Positions 1 to 7,540 of a stretch of DNA of 32,000 nt are shown here, piece after piece (the first letter of the stretch is position 1; each line of letters opens with the position of its first letter). This DNA comes from Desulfobulbus propionicus DSM 2032 (GTDB taxonomy: Bacteria; Desulfobacterota; Desulfobulbia; Desulfobulbales; Desulfobulbaceae). The stretch lies in assembly GCF_000186885.1 (NCBI RefSeq), contig NC_014972.1, positions 2,580,001 through 2,612,000 of the forward strand, given 5' to 3'. The notes under the pieces are model-generated. The model did not search any database. It saw only the letters and a list, made by a program, of their open reading frames with translations, and was not told where the DNA came from. Position numbers and translations under genes: made by a program.

Positions 1-375
1 GGTGAAGACCCCGACCACCTTTTCCTCCTCGTTGACCACCGGCAGGGCGCCGATCTTGCGCGACTGGAACAGCAGCAGGGCGTCGTCCAGGGTGGCATGG
101 GGGACAAGGAAGAGGCAATCGCGGGTCATCAGCACGGAAACTGGTGTTTTGTTGACCTTTTCCTCGACCGTTCCCCGTTCTTTGCTCTGGGCCACGGTGG
201 AAGGCCGGGCCGAACGCAGGTCGCGGTCGGAAAGAATCCCCTGAAGCACGCCCTGTTCATCGACCACCGGCAGGTGGCGGATATTGTAGCGTTGCAGGAT
301 GTCGATCGCCTCGGCCACGGTCTGCTCCGGAGTAACCGTGACCGGTGACGGTGTCATGTGATCGTGGATGAACAT
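1..375 (-). CDS. CBS-domain pair protein (AcuB-like); C-terminal end cut by the window edge
   Basis: Absent from the ORF track because it runs off the edge. The reverse complement of 1-375 reads without stops as MFIHDHMTPSPVTVTPEQTVAEAIDILQRYNIRHLPVVDEQGVLQGILSDRDL...SRKIGALPVVNEEEKVVGVFT, a typical tandem CBS pattern. An AGGGGAG Shine-Dalgarno precedes the ATG at 375. It lies 34 nt downstream of the HDAC gene on the same strand. Confidence 0.75.
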   Translation of the reverse strand, partial: MFIHDHMTPSPVTVTPEQTVAEAIDILQRYNIRHLPVVDEQGVLQGILSDRDLRSARPSTVAQSKERGTVEEKVNKTPVSVLMTRDCLFLVPHATLDDALLLFQSRKIGALPVVNEEEKVVGVFT

Positions 376-409
376 CGATATACTCCCCTGGTTTTATTGC
401 TGTGTGCAC

Positions 410-1387
410 TCATTCATCGGTCTCCACAAGCCCGGACAAATAGGCTTCAACGCAAACACCAAGTTTTTCAAGAAAATATCCGCCCTCAAGGATCGAGAGC
501 ACGCGCCCTTGGGTGTAGTCGCGGGCGAGTTCCGTCACAAAGTTGCCCAGCCGCCGATAGAGATCGACGGTGAAGGCCAGGCCCGACATGTCGTCCTGGC
601 GGTGGGCGTCGAATCCGGCGCCGACGATCAGGGCATCGGGCCGGATGGTGTCGAGAAAATTTCTGATCTTGGGAAAAAGACGCAGTACTTGCTCCGCGCC
701 GGCGCCGGGGGGCAACGGCAGATTGAGGATGGTGCCCTTGCCGGGACCGACCCCCTTGTCCTCGGCCCAGCCGGTTCCGGGATAGCTGAAGCTGGGATGC
801 TCGTGAATCGATATATAGGCGGTGTCCGCCTCTTGCTCGAAAGCGGTCTGGATGCCGTTGCCGTGGTGGGCGTCGAAATCGAACACGCACACCCGGCGGC
901 GGCTGTACTCCTGCTGCCAGTAACGGGCGGCGATCACGCAGTTGTTGAAAAAACAGAATCCATAGGGCTGGTTGGGTTCGGCGTGATGGCCCGGTGGCCG
1001 GGTCTGGCAGAAGACCACCGTTCCCGGCTGGCGCTCGATCCTGTCCACCCCGACCAGGCCGGCACCAGCGGACAGGGTGGCGATGTCAAAGGATTCGTAG
1101 CCCACTTGATTGTCGGGATGGTCGATATAGGTGCGACCGGAGAGCACCGCCTCCTCGAAGCGAAACAACCAGCCCTCGGTATGGAAGGTCAGCAGTTGGG
1201 CACGGGTGGCCGGACGGGGGGCGAAGGTGCGGATGCGCCCGGCCAGGTGTCCCTGCATGAGCCGGTCAGTGATCACCTGCATCCGCTCGGGCGCTTCCGG
1301 ATGATCACCGCCGCCGGTATCGTGCCGGCAAAAAGCGGGGTCGGTGATGAGGGTAATGGCAGGCTCGTTTTCCATTGCAAGGTCCAC
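410..1387 (-). CDS. Histone deacetylase-family protein (class II HDAC / AcuC / acetylpolyamine amidohydrolase-like)
   Basis: 325-aa ORF with hallmark HDAC motifs: RPPGHHAEPNQPYGFCFFNN, FDFDAHHGNG and ILEGGY. The annotated start at 1387 is GTG; an in-frame ATG at 1375 (MENEPAITL) is an alternative start. Confidence 0.9.
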   Translation of the reverse strand: MDLAMENEPAITLITDPAFCRHDTGGGDHPEAPERMQVITDRLMQGHLAGRIRTFAPRPATRAQLLTFHTEGWLFRFEEAVLSGRTYIDHPDNQVGYESFDIATLSAGAGLVGVDRIERQPGTVVFCQTRPPGHHAEPNQPYGFCFFNNCVIAARYWQQEYSRRRVCVFDFDAHHGNGIQTAFEQEADTAYISIHEHPSFSYPGTGWAEDKGVGPGKGTILNLPLPPGAGAEQVLRLFPKIRNFLDTIRPDALIVGAGFDAHRQDDMSGLAFTVDLYRRLGNFVTELARDYTQGRVLSILEGGYFLEKLGVCVEAYLSGLVETDE

Positions 1388-1690
1388 TGATCAGACGGCC
1401 GACCGGCAGCGCTGCGCCTCCGGTGTGACTGTGTCGCTCAACCTTACCGTATTCCTCGACAAAAACGAAGCGTATCTTCGCTTTCCCGCCACAACTTTTT
1501 GCCCAGTCACGGAAAACCCCTCCCGCCACATCGATACAACGCACGCATCACGCGATCAATCCTGCGGTAGCGAACCTTGAGGCACGATGGCGTCTTGCAG
1601 CGTCCTTGCCCCTCCGTCGGCTCTTTTTTTGCTGATTACAGCAGGGGACCCAAACGGCCCTTTATTTTTTTAGGTAACTCTAAATGACAC

Positions 1691-1719
1691 TTGACAACAG
1701 ACCTCCGTTAAGGCATAAA
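1691..1719 (+). promoter_or_regulatory. Candidate sigma-70 promoter (TTGACA-N17-CATAAA) in the AT-rich island upstream of the DUF2325 operon
   Basis: TTGACA at 1691-1696, a 17-nt spacer, then CATAAA at 1714-1719. It is embedded in the only strongly AT-rich patch of the window (about 1650-1770). That patch also holds a repeated AACTCTAAAT motif and the palindrome CTAAATTTAG. Confidence 0.25.
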
Positions 1720-1833
1720 ACTCTAAATTTAGTTTTATCTAAAACTATAAGGTCGTATAAATATACAATCTACCCTCAACACGGTTCGCGCACAAGCACC
1801 GGTCCATCCGTCGCGGCGACCGGCTTGCCTGTC

Positions 1834-1849
1834 GCACCCGTTGTGCCAA
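1834..1849 (-). promoter_or_regulatory. Candidate sigma-54 (-24/-12) promoter, TTGGCAC-N5-GTGC, reading leftward
   Basis: The reverse complement of 1834-1849 is TTGGCACAACGGGTGC. The -24 box TGGCAC is perfect, the GG-N10-GC spacing is correct and the -12 element is TGC. It is intergenic. A weaker plus-strand match (cGGCTTGCCTGTCGCa, 1821-1836) shares the same GC dinucleotide. Confidence 0.3.
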
Positions 1850-1905
1850 TGCCCCATCCGTGATCCCATGAATGAAGGTACGCCCTACTCCTGGAGGTTG
1901 TTATC

Positions 1906-3126
1906 ATGGAAGCGACTGCATCAAGTGTCCGCGCCACGCACCGCAAAAAAATCTGGCATATCGACAGCTGCTACAAATGTGCCCTGATCGGCACCTGCCT
2001 GAGCCGCAATGAATTGCGCAAACTAGCCCGCGATCGTCTGTTCGCGGCTGAACCCGACGCCGACGATTACCAGCTCCACGCCCATTTCATCAGGATATCC
2101 GACCAGGAGGACGTGCAAGGCAAAGCTTTACACAAATACCTGGAAAAAAAATACCGGGCCGCGAGCAAGAAATACCTGCGGGTTGCCGACGACGAGGCCA
2201 TCAAGACCCTCTGGGACGAGGATATGGCCGAAGGCCGGGTGGACAGCGCCTGGTGGGCGATCATGACCCATCCGCATGTCTCGGCGCGACTGACGGCCAA
2301 GCTGTACGGCGATCTTCACATGCTGAGCCATGAGCGCGCCATCAATGGCCACAGAGGCCGGACAACGATCACCGCCCTGCGTGCCAAGGTCGACATGCTG
2401 GAGGAGGTGATCGGCTCGGAGCGGCAGTTATTCCGCCGGGAAAAGCGGCAGCTGGGCGAGGCAATCAGCGCACTGCGCCGGCAGCTCGCCGTACTTGCCG
2501 ACAATGTCCGCACCCAGGAGCAGCGGGACGCGAACCAGGCGGATCAGCAGCTGATCGCCGACCTACGCCAACACAACAACGGACTCTGCGGCCAAATCGA
2601 TGCGCTGAACGAGCAGTTGGACACTGCCCGGCAACAGTTCACATCAGCCAACGACCGGCTGCGCGAGCTGGAGGAACACAACAGCCGGCTGGAACACCAT
2701 GCGGCCGAACAGGCGCGGGAAATCGCCTCGCTGGAAGGCCTGCTATTCCGGCAGCTGAGCCGCGAACCCGATCCCTGCCTCCACTGCGCCGACCACAACA
2801 CCAGCAAATGTCCAGGGCCGAATCTCTGCGGCAAGACCGTGCTCTATGTCGGCGGGCTGCACAAACTGGTTCCCCATTACCGCCAACTGGTCGAACAGTT
2901 CGGCGGTCGCTTTCTCCATCATGACGGCGGCAAGGAGGCCTCGCGCAACCTGCTGCCCAAACTGCTGAGCACCGCCGACGCCGTGCTCTGCCCCATTGAC
3001 TGCGTCAGTCACGACGCCTGCAACTGCGTCAAGAAAATGTGCAAACGTTACCAGAAACCCTTTGTCCTCATGCGCGGCGCCGGGCTGTCGGCGCTGGCCA
3101 GGGGGCTCAACCAAATCGTTCAATAA
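1906..3126 (+). CDS. DUF2325-domain protein with a Cys-containing N-terminal domain, long coiled coil and a 4-Cys knuckle (function unknown)
   Basis: 406-aa ORF with a GGAGG SD 7 nt upstream. The C-terminal 95 aa (TVLYVGGLHKLVPHYRQLVEQFGG...ADAVLCPIDCVSHDACNCVKKMCKRYQKPFVLM) match the DUF2325 pattern as I recall it. Residues about 150-288 are heptad-rich and Q/R/E/L-biased (coiled coil). CLHC-x7-C-x5-C occurs at residues 291-308, and CxxC-x5-C at residues 22-31. Confidence 0.8.
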   Translation: MEATASSVRATHRKKIWHIDSCYKCALIGTCLSRNELRKLARDRLFAAEPDADDYQLHAHFIRISDQEDVQGKALHKYLEKKYRAASKKYLRVADDEAIKTLWDEDMAEGRVDSAWWAIMTHPHVSARLTAKLYGDLHMLSHERAINGHRGRTTITALRAKVDMLEEVIGSERQLFRREKRQLGEAISALRRQLAVLADNVRTQEQRDANQADQQLIADLRQHNNGLCGQIDALNEQLDTARQQFTSANDRLRELEEHNSRLEHHAAEQAREIASLEGLLFRQLSREPDPCLHCADHNTSKCPGPNLCGKTVLYVGGLHKLVPHYRQLVEQFGGRFLHHDGGKEASRNLLPKLLSTADAVLCPIDCVSHDACNCVKKMCKRYQKPFVLMRGAGLSALARGLNQIVQ

Positions 3127-3162
3127 CCATCCCAACGATCAAGCGCACAAGGAGTACACCGC

Positions 3163-3534
3163 ATGGAAATCACCCACCCCATTCACACCGATCAACGCAA
3201 CGGCAACCTGCACGTCAACCTGCATGGCCACTTTACTCCGGAAATCGCGGCGGAGCTCCCCAGCACCATCGCCCGCATCTATCGGGGCACGGGCAATATC
3301 TTCATCCACACCGCCAAGGTGACCGCCGTCACCCCCGGGTCCCGCAGCGTTTTCGCCCATTATCTTCAACTGTTGGACCTGCCACGGGAAAAGATGTACC
3401 TGACCGGCATCAAGGGCCTCGACATCAGCCCGGACAAGGGACGGGTGATCGTTTACGAGAAAAAGAAAAAAGGCTGCTGCGGCCGCTGCCGTGACTGCTC
3501 GTGCCACGGCAACATCAACCCGGCAACCCGCTAG
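3163..3534 (+). CDS. Small STAS-like protein with a C-terminal Lys-run and Cys-rich tail (hypothetical)
   Basis: 123-aa ORF 36 nt after the previous stop, with an AAGGAG SD 8 nt upstream. The core (NLHVNLHGHFTPEIAAELPSTIARIYRGTGNIFIHTAKVTAVTPGSRSVF) resembles the anti-sigma-antagonist/STAS layout. The tail is KKKKGCCGRCRDCSCHG. Confidence 0.7.
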   Translation: MEITHPIHTDQRNGNLHVNLHGHFTPEIAAELPSTIARIYRGTGNIFIHTAKVTAVTPGSRSVFAHYLQLLDLPREKMYLTGIKGLDISPDKGRVIVYEKKKKGCCGRCRDCSCHGNINPATR

Positions 3535-3566
3535 CTTGCCCGCATCCTCCCGTACCATCACCGCGC

Positions 3567-3640
3567 CTGGTTGGAGGCACCATTTTCCCTGCCCTGGAAG
3601 CCATGAAAAGCGGTTGACTTCCAACCAGCCGTTTTGTACC
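3567..3640 (+). terminator. Long hairpin plus U-tract; candidate terminator or attenuator after the two-gene operon
   Basis: CTGGTTGGAGG (3567-3577) pairs with CTTCCAACCAG (3618-3628): 11 bp including one G-U. The about 40-nt interior can pair further (TTTTC/GAAAA). It is followed by CCGTTTTG and starts 33 nt after the stop at 3534. Confidence 0.35.
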
Positions 3641-3799
3641 TACCATTTCGACAAAGACCGGACTCAGCCGTGATGCGGAAGGGTGCGTGGCGCTCAGCAA
3701 CCTGCCAGCAGGATCAAGACGATCGCGCGCCGGCCTTTTGGCGCGCGCGGCTTTCCGGCCCAAACCCATCCCGTTCCTCTAGCATCCCGCAACCCGCCC

Positions 3800-6205
3800 A
3801 TGCCGATAACCCGCCTGACCGCCAGCGAACTGCGCCTCACCATCGCCCCCGAAACCCTGGGATTTACCGACACCTCCGAACTGGCGGACCACACCGTGCC
3901 GTGGATCGGTCAGGAGCGGGCCGAAATCGCCGCCCGATTCGGCCTGGACATGCGGCAGGCGGACTACAACCTGTTTGTCCTCGGCGAGGTGGGCAGCGGC
4001 CGGTCCTCGCTGCTCAAACAGGCGATGCACACAGCGGCCGCCAACCGGCCCACACCGCCGGACCTGTGTTATCTGCACAACTTCGACGCGCCGGAGCGGC
4101 CCCACGCCCTGCGCCTGCCCGCCGGCCAGGGTCGCCTGCTGCGCCAGTCGATGGCCCGGATGGTCAAGGCCTTGATCACCGAGATCCCCCAGCAGCTCGA
4201 TGGGCCGGACTTCAGGATGGAAAGCGAGCGGATCGAAAAAGCCTACAAGGAGGAGGAAAGCAAGGCGTTCACCGCCCTCGAGGCCTTCGGCGAAGCCCGC
4301 AATTTCACCCTCCGCCAGGAATCCGGCCAAATGTTGTTCACCTTGCGCGGCAAGAAGGGACACGCCATGACCGAGGAGGAAATGCTGGCGCTGCCCAAGG
4401 AGCAGCGCGCGGCGATCAACCAGGCGGAACAGGAACTGCTGGCCGAGATCAACCGTTATTTCGAGCAAACCCGCCCGCTGGAGCGGCAAATGCATGACGC
4501 CCTGGCCGCACTGCGCCGTCAGACCGTCAAGCCGTTGCTGGAGCGGGCAATTGGAGCGATACGCGCCGGCCTCGATGTGGAAACGGCCGACACGGACAAG
4601 CTCGATGCCTCCCTCGACCAGGTCAGCACCGATATCCTCGACAACCTGGAACTGTTCAAGCCCTTGGAAACCGAGGATGACCTGCGCAAGGAAGCGCTGA
4701 ACGCCGTGCTCTCCCGCTACCGGGTCAACCTGATCGTGGACAACGGGGGCATGCACGGGGCGCCTGTGATCGTCGAGGACAACCCCCTGTTCCGCTCGCT
4801 GTTCGGCAGCATTGAATACCAATCGGAAAACGAGGTGCTGGTGACCGATTTTTCCCGCATCCGCGCCGGCAGCCTGCTCAAGGCCCATGGCGGTTTTCTC
4901 ATGCTCCATCTGCGCGACCTGCTGGCCGATGGCCTGGTATGGGAAAAACTGCGGCGCTTTCTCCGCAGTGGCCGATTGCAAATCGAGGAGCCGGGCACCG
5001 CCTTTGCCCCGATCGCCGCGGTTTCCCTGGAGCCCGAGTCGGTGGATATCGATGTGAAAATTGTCCTTATCGGTTCCCGGCCCCTCTATTACGCCCTCCA
5101 GGAGGGCGATCCCGAGTTTGCCCGCCGATTCCGGGTCAAGGTGGATTTCGCCGATCGGTTCACTGCCGCCGACCATACGCACCGCGCATCGGCGGTCTTT
5201 GTGGCCCACGTCTGCCGCCAACGCGGCCTGCCCCATTTCACCGCCGCCGCCGTGGCCCGACTGCTGGAACACGGTCATCGTCAGGCCGAGGATCGTTCAC
5301 GGCAAAGCGCCATCTTCGGCCATGCCGAGGCCCTGATCATGGAGAGTGCAACCCTGTGCCAGCAGCGGAATGGTGGCCTGGTCGAGGCGGCGGATGTGGA
5401 TGCGGCCCTGGCGGCGCGCATCCTGCGCCACGATTATCCCGAGCAGCGGATGCGGGAAGCCATTGCCGAGGGCGAGGTGCTGATCACTGTACGGGGCGAG
5501 CGGATCGGCCAGCTCAACGGTCTGAGCGTGGTCGATCTGGGCGATCACCGTTTCGGCTTTCCCACCCGCGTCACCGCCCGCACCTACGCCGGCGAGGACG
5601 GCCTGATCAACATCGAGCGCGAGGTGGAGATGTCCGGCCCGATCCACGACAAGGGCGTGTTCATCCTCCACAACTACCTGGCGGCCCTGTTTGCCCGTAA
5701 CGCTCCCCTGACCTTCAACGCCTCCATCGTCTTCGAGCAGGAATACAGCGGCGTCGAGGGCGACTCCGCCTCCTGCGCCGAACTGTATGCCCTGCTCTCC
5801 TCCCTGTCCGGCCTGCCCCTCAGACAGGGCATAGCGGTCACCGGCGCCCTCAACCAGCACGGTGAGGTGTTGCCCGTGGGCGGCATTAACGAAAAAATCG
5901 AGGGGTATTTTCGCATCTGCGCCAGTGCCGGACTTGACGGCAGCCAGGGGGTATTGATCCCCTGGCGCAACCGCCGCCACCTGATGCTCGACCAGTGCGT
6001 GGTCGATGCCGTGAGCCAGGGCCTGTTCCACATCCACACGGCCGAGCATGTCGACGAAGGGCTGGAACTGCTCACCGGGGTGATCGCCGGCCAGGCCAAC
6101 CGCAACGGTGTCTACCCGAAAGGCACGGTGCTCGGCCAGGCGCAGCAAGCCCTGCTGGCTTTCCGCCGCGCCTGTCAGGCGGTGGAGCGGCGGCAGGGCA
6201 AATAG
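3800..6205 (+). CDS. Lon-like ATP-dependent protease, COG1067 / YcbZ(LonH)-type (AAA+ module with a coiled-coil insertion plus an S16 Lon protease domain)
   Basis: Walker A is GEVGSGRSSL. The C-terminal half aligns by eye to E. coli YcbZ (GERIGQLNGLSV..., FEQEYSGVEGDSASCAELYALLS with the catalytic Ser, PVGGINEKIEGYF with the Lys). I placed the start at ATG 3800 (MPITRLTASELRL), not the ORF-track 3683, whose 39-aa extension is Arg/Pro-rich and low-complexity. Confidence 0.9.
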   Translation: MPITRLTASELRLTIAPETLGFTDTSELADHTVPWIGQERAEIAARFGLDMRQADYNLFVLGEVGSGRSSLLKQAMHTAAANRPTPPDLCYLHNFDAPERPHALRLPAGQGRLLRQSMARMVKALITEIPQQLDGPDFRMESERIEKAYKEEESKAFTALEAFGEARNFTLRQESGQMLFTLRGKKGHAMTEEEMLALPKEQRAAINQAEQELLAEINRYFEQTRPLERQMHDALAALRRQTVKPLLERAIGAIRAGLDVETADTDKLDASLDQVSTDILDNLELFKPLETEDDLRKEALNAVLSRYRVNLIVDNGGMHGAPVIVEDNPLFRSLFGSIEYQSENEVLVTDFSRIRAGSLLKAHGGFLMLHLRDLLADGLVWEKLRRFLRSGRLQIEEPGTAFAPIAAVSLEPESVDIDVKIVLIGSRPLYYALQEGDPEFARRFRVKVDFADRFTAADHTHRASAVFVAHVCRQRGLPHFTAAAVARLLEHGHRQAEDRSRQSAIFGHAEALIMESATLCQQRNGGLVEAADVDAALAARILRHDYPEQRMREAIAEGEVLITVRGERIGQLNGLSVVDLGDHRFGFPTRVTARTYAGEDGLINIEREVEMSGPIHDKGVFILHNYLAALFARNAPLTFNASIVFEQEYSGVEGDSASCAELYALLSSLSGLPLRQGIAVTGALNQHGEVLPVGGINEKIEGYFRICASAGLDGSQGVLIPWRNRRHLMLDQCVVDAVSQGLFHIHTAEHVDEGLELLTGVIAGQANRNGVYPKGTVLGQAQQALLAFRRACQAVERRQGK

Positions 6206-6235
6206 GCCCGGGGATCGGCGATCGCGTCGCCAGGT

Positions 6236-7030
6236 TTATTGGTCAGCCATGCTGTCGGGAACTGCCAGATCCGCCTTCATGCGCTCGACATGACTGCCGG
6301 CCCAGTAAATCTTGTCGCAGTGCGGACAAAAGGTGAATCGCTCGAAGTAGCGCCGGGTGAGGGGTTCGAGGCGATGGACAATCCGTTGTTTGTCCACCGG
6401 CTCAAGCGGGGTGTTGCAGTCGAGGCAACGGGCAAAGGGCCGCGGCCACCTGCCGAGGCCGAACAAGGCAAGCACTTCCCGCAGCTGCCCGACAGGCTTG
6501 TCGGCGCGGATGTACCGGCCAAACACCACCTGTTTGCGTTTCAACAGATCCAGATCGCGGGTCAGGACGATGCGAGGCTGTTCGCCCAGGCACCCCAGCA
6601 GGGTTTTGCTGTCCCATCGCGGATCGTAGAGCGTGTCGAATCCGGCCATCCGCAGATAGCGGCCCAGCCGGCCGACATTGCCGTCAACGATGAACCGGAT
6701 GCCCGTCAAGGGCTCGGGCCGCAGCGGGGTTGGCCGGGTCACGTCCCAGGGGGCGGTTATCGGATGGATGTCAAAATGCTGGCCGGCCCGCACCAGATGG
6801 GAAAAATCCGTCGGTTGTCCATCGCAGGCGATCCGTTCAACCTCGGTATGCGGCACCCCGAAGGATTCGATCACATCCTTGATCGAGGCCGCGCGGCTGA
6901 CCGGCTGGACAATCGGCTGGGTGGTCCGCCAACGCCGTCGCAGCAGGGTGACGAGGTCGCCATGAAAGTGATAGCATGCGGTCATGTCGAGTGTTCCCGG
7001 CGTGAATTTCGTCAACCCTTCATCCTGCAC
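6236..7030 (-). CDS. Mut7-C RNase (PIN-like) domain protein with an N-terminal Mut7-C ubiquitin-like (beta-grasp) domain
   Basis: The N-terminus (FHGDLVTLL...SIKDVIESFGVPHTEVERIACDGQPTDFSHLVRAGQHFDIHPI) matches the Mut7-C ubiquitin pattern. The C-terminus has FIVDGNVGRLGRYLRMAGFDT plus a Zn-ribbon (CLDCNTPL...FCPHCDKIYWAGSH), typical of PF01927. An alternative start is ATG 6985. Confidence 0.8.
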   Translation of the reverse strand: MQDEGLTKFTPGTLDMTACYHFHGDLVTLLRRRWRTTQPIVQPVSRAASIKDVIESFGVPHTEVERIACDGQPTDFSHLVRAGQHFDIHPITAPWDVTRPTPLRPEPLTGIRFIVDGNVGRLGRYLRMAGFDTLYDPRWDSKTLLGCLGEQPRIVLTRDLDLLKRKQVVFGRYIRADKPVGQLREVLALFGLGRWPRPFARCLDCNTPLEPVDKQRIVHRLEPLTRRYFERFTFCPHCDKIYWAGSHVERMKADLAVPDSMADQ

Positions 7031-7054
7031 GGAGAAAAGTGCAACCGGGTGCCA

Positions 7055-7540
7055 TCACCGGCTGTTTTCCGGGTTCAAAGTGACCTGGTAGCCCTGTTCA
7101 CCGCGATAGGGATTGAAGACCAGTGTCGGACAATGGGCCCGTTTCAGCACCCTGTCTGCAACGCTGCCAAGCAGGATCTTCTCAATACCCTTGGCCCCAT
7201 GCGTCGCCATGATGATCATGTCGACAGCATTGTCCCTGGCAAAGGCCACGATGCAGTCCGCCGCCCGACCAAATAGCAACGTTCCCGTACATTGAGGAGA
7301 GGAGCGCGGGCATTGTTTGAGAACCGCGGCCATCTTTCGTTCCGCTTCCGCACGGATTCGCGCCTCGAATTCCTCAAAGGAGGCGGAATCGTAATCCGAA
7401 CGGTATTCCACCTCTTCCACCACATGGGCAATGGTCACCTGTGCCCCCAGTTTATCCGCTATCCGAAGAGCAAACTCCACCAATCGCTCGGTGTGCTGCT
7501 GCAAATCCACCGGGACAAGAATGTGTCGAACGTCATGCAT
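7055..7540 (-). CDS. Universal stress protein (UspA family)
   Basis: MHDVRHILVPVDLQQHTERLVEFALRIADKLGAQVTIAHVV...MIIMATHGAKGIEKILLGSVADRVLKRAHCPTLV is a canonical Usp fold signature (G-x2-G-x9-GS). The start is trimmed to ATG 7540; the ORF-track extension to 7660 looks non-coding. Confidence 0.85.
   Translation of the reverse strand: MHDVRHILVPVDLQQHTERLVEFALRIADKLGAQVTIAHVVEEVEYRSDYDSASFEEFEARIRAEAERKMAAVLKQCPRSSPQCTGTLLFGRAADCIVAFARDNAVDMIIMATHGAKGIEKILLGSVADRVLKRAHCPTLVFNPYRGEQGYQVTLNPENSR

Noticed and set aside
368-1390. 340-aa plus-strand ORF exactly antisense to the HDAC gene. The same applies to 3779-5278(-), 14716-15939(+), 17738-19642(+), 24758-25852(+) and 25912-27789(+, 625 aa, spanning two genes).
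   Set aside because: These are typical GC-rich shadow ORFs. The translations are low-complexity (Gly/Arg/Ala/His/Pro-rich) with no recognisable motifs or SD sites, while the opposite strand encodes proteins with unambiguous family signatures.
3163-3534. The small Cys-tailed protein as a RiPP precursor, with the Lon-like protein as leader peptidase.
   Set aside because: There are no modification enzymes nearby (radical SAM, YcaO, LanM and the like). The N-terminal 100 residues look like a folded STAS-type domain rather than a leader. A metal-binding tail is the more economical reading.
3683-3799. N-terminal extensions offered by the ORF track: Lon-like from 3683, UspA to 7660, the secreted protein from 7811, CheW to 17534, AmpG to 27234 and the TIGR03790-like protein to 28467.
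   Set aside because: The extensions are Arg/Pro/Gly-rich or overlap upstream genes. Internal ATGs coincide with SD motifs, signal peptides or the conserved family N-termini.
3800-6205. The Lon-like protease as BrxL of a BREX/Pgl defence system.
   Set aside because: No PglX methyltransferase, PglZ, BrxA/B/C or any other defence gene is in the neighbourhood. The C-terminal half matches the housekeeping-type YcbZ/COG1067 pattern.
7039-7054. Minus-strand TGGCACCCGGTTGCAC just after the uspA stop. A near-identical TGGCACAGGGTTGCAC lies antisense within the Lon-like CDS (5346-5361). Both look like sigma-54 promoters.
   Set aside because: Both have only 4 nt between TGGCAC and TTGC (GG-N9-GC), whereas canonical sigma-54 promoters require GG-N10-GC. 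One copy is inside a CDS on the wrong strand. I keep them as curiosities, not as promoter calls.
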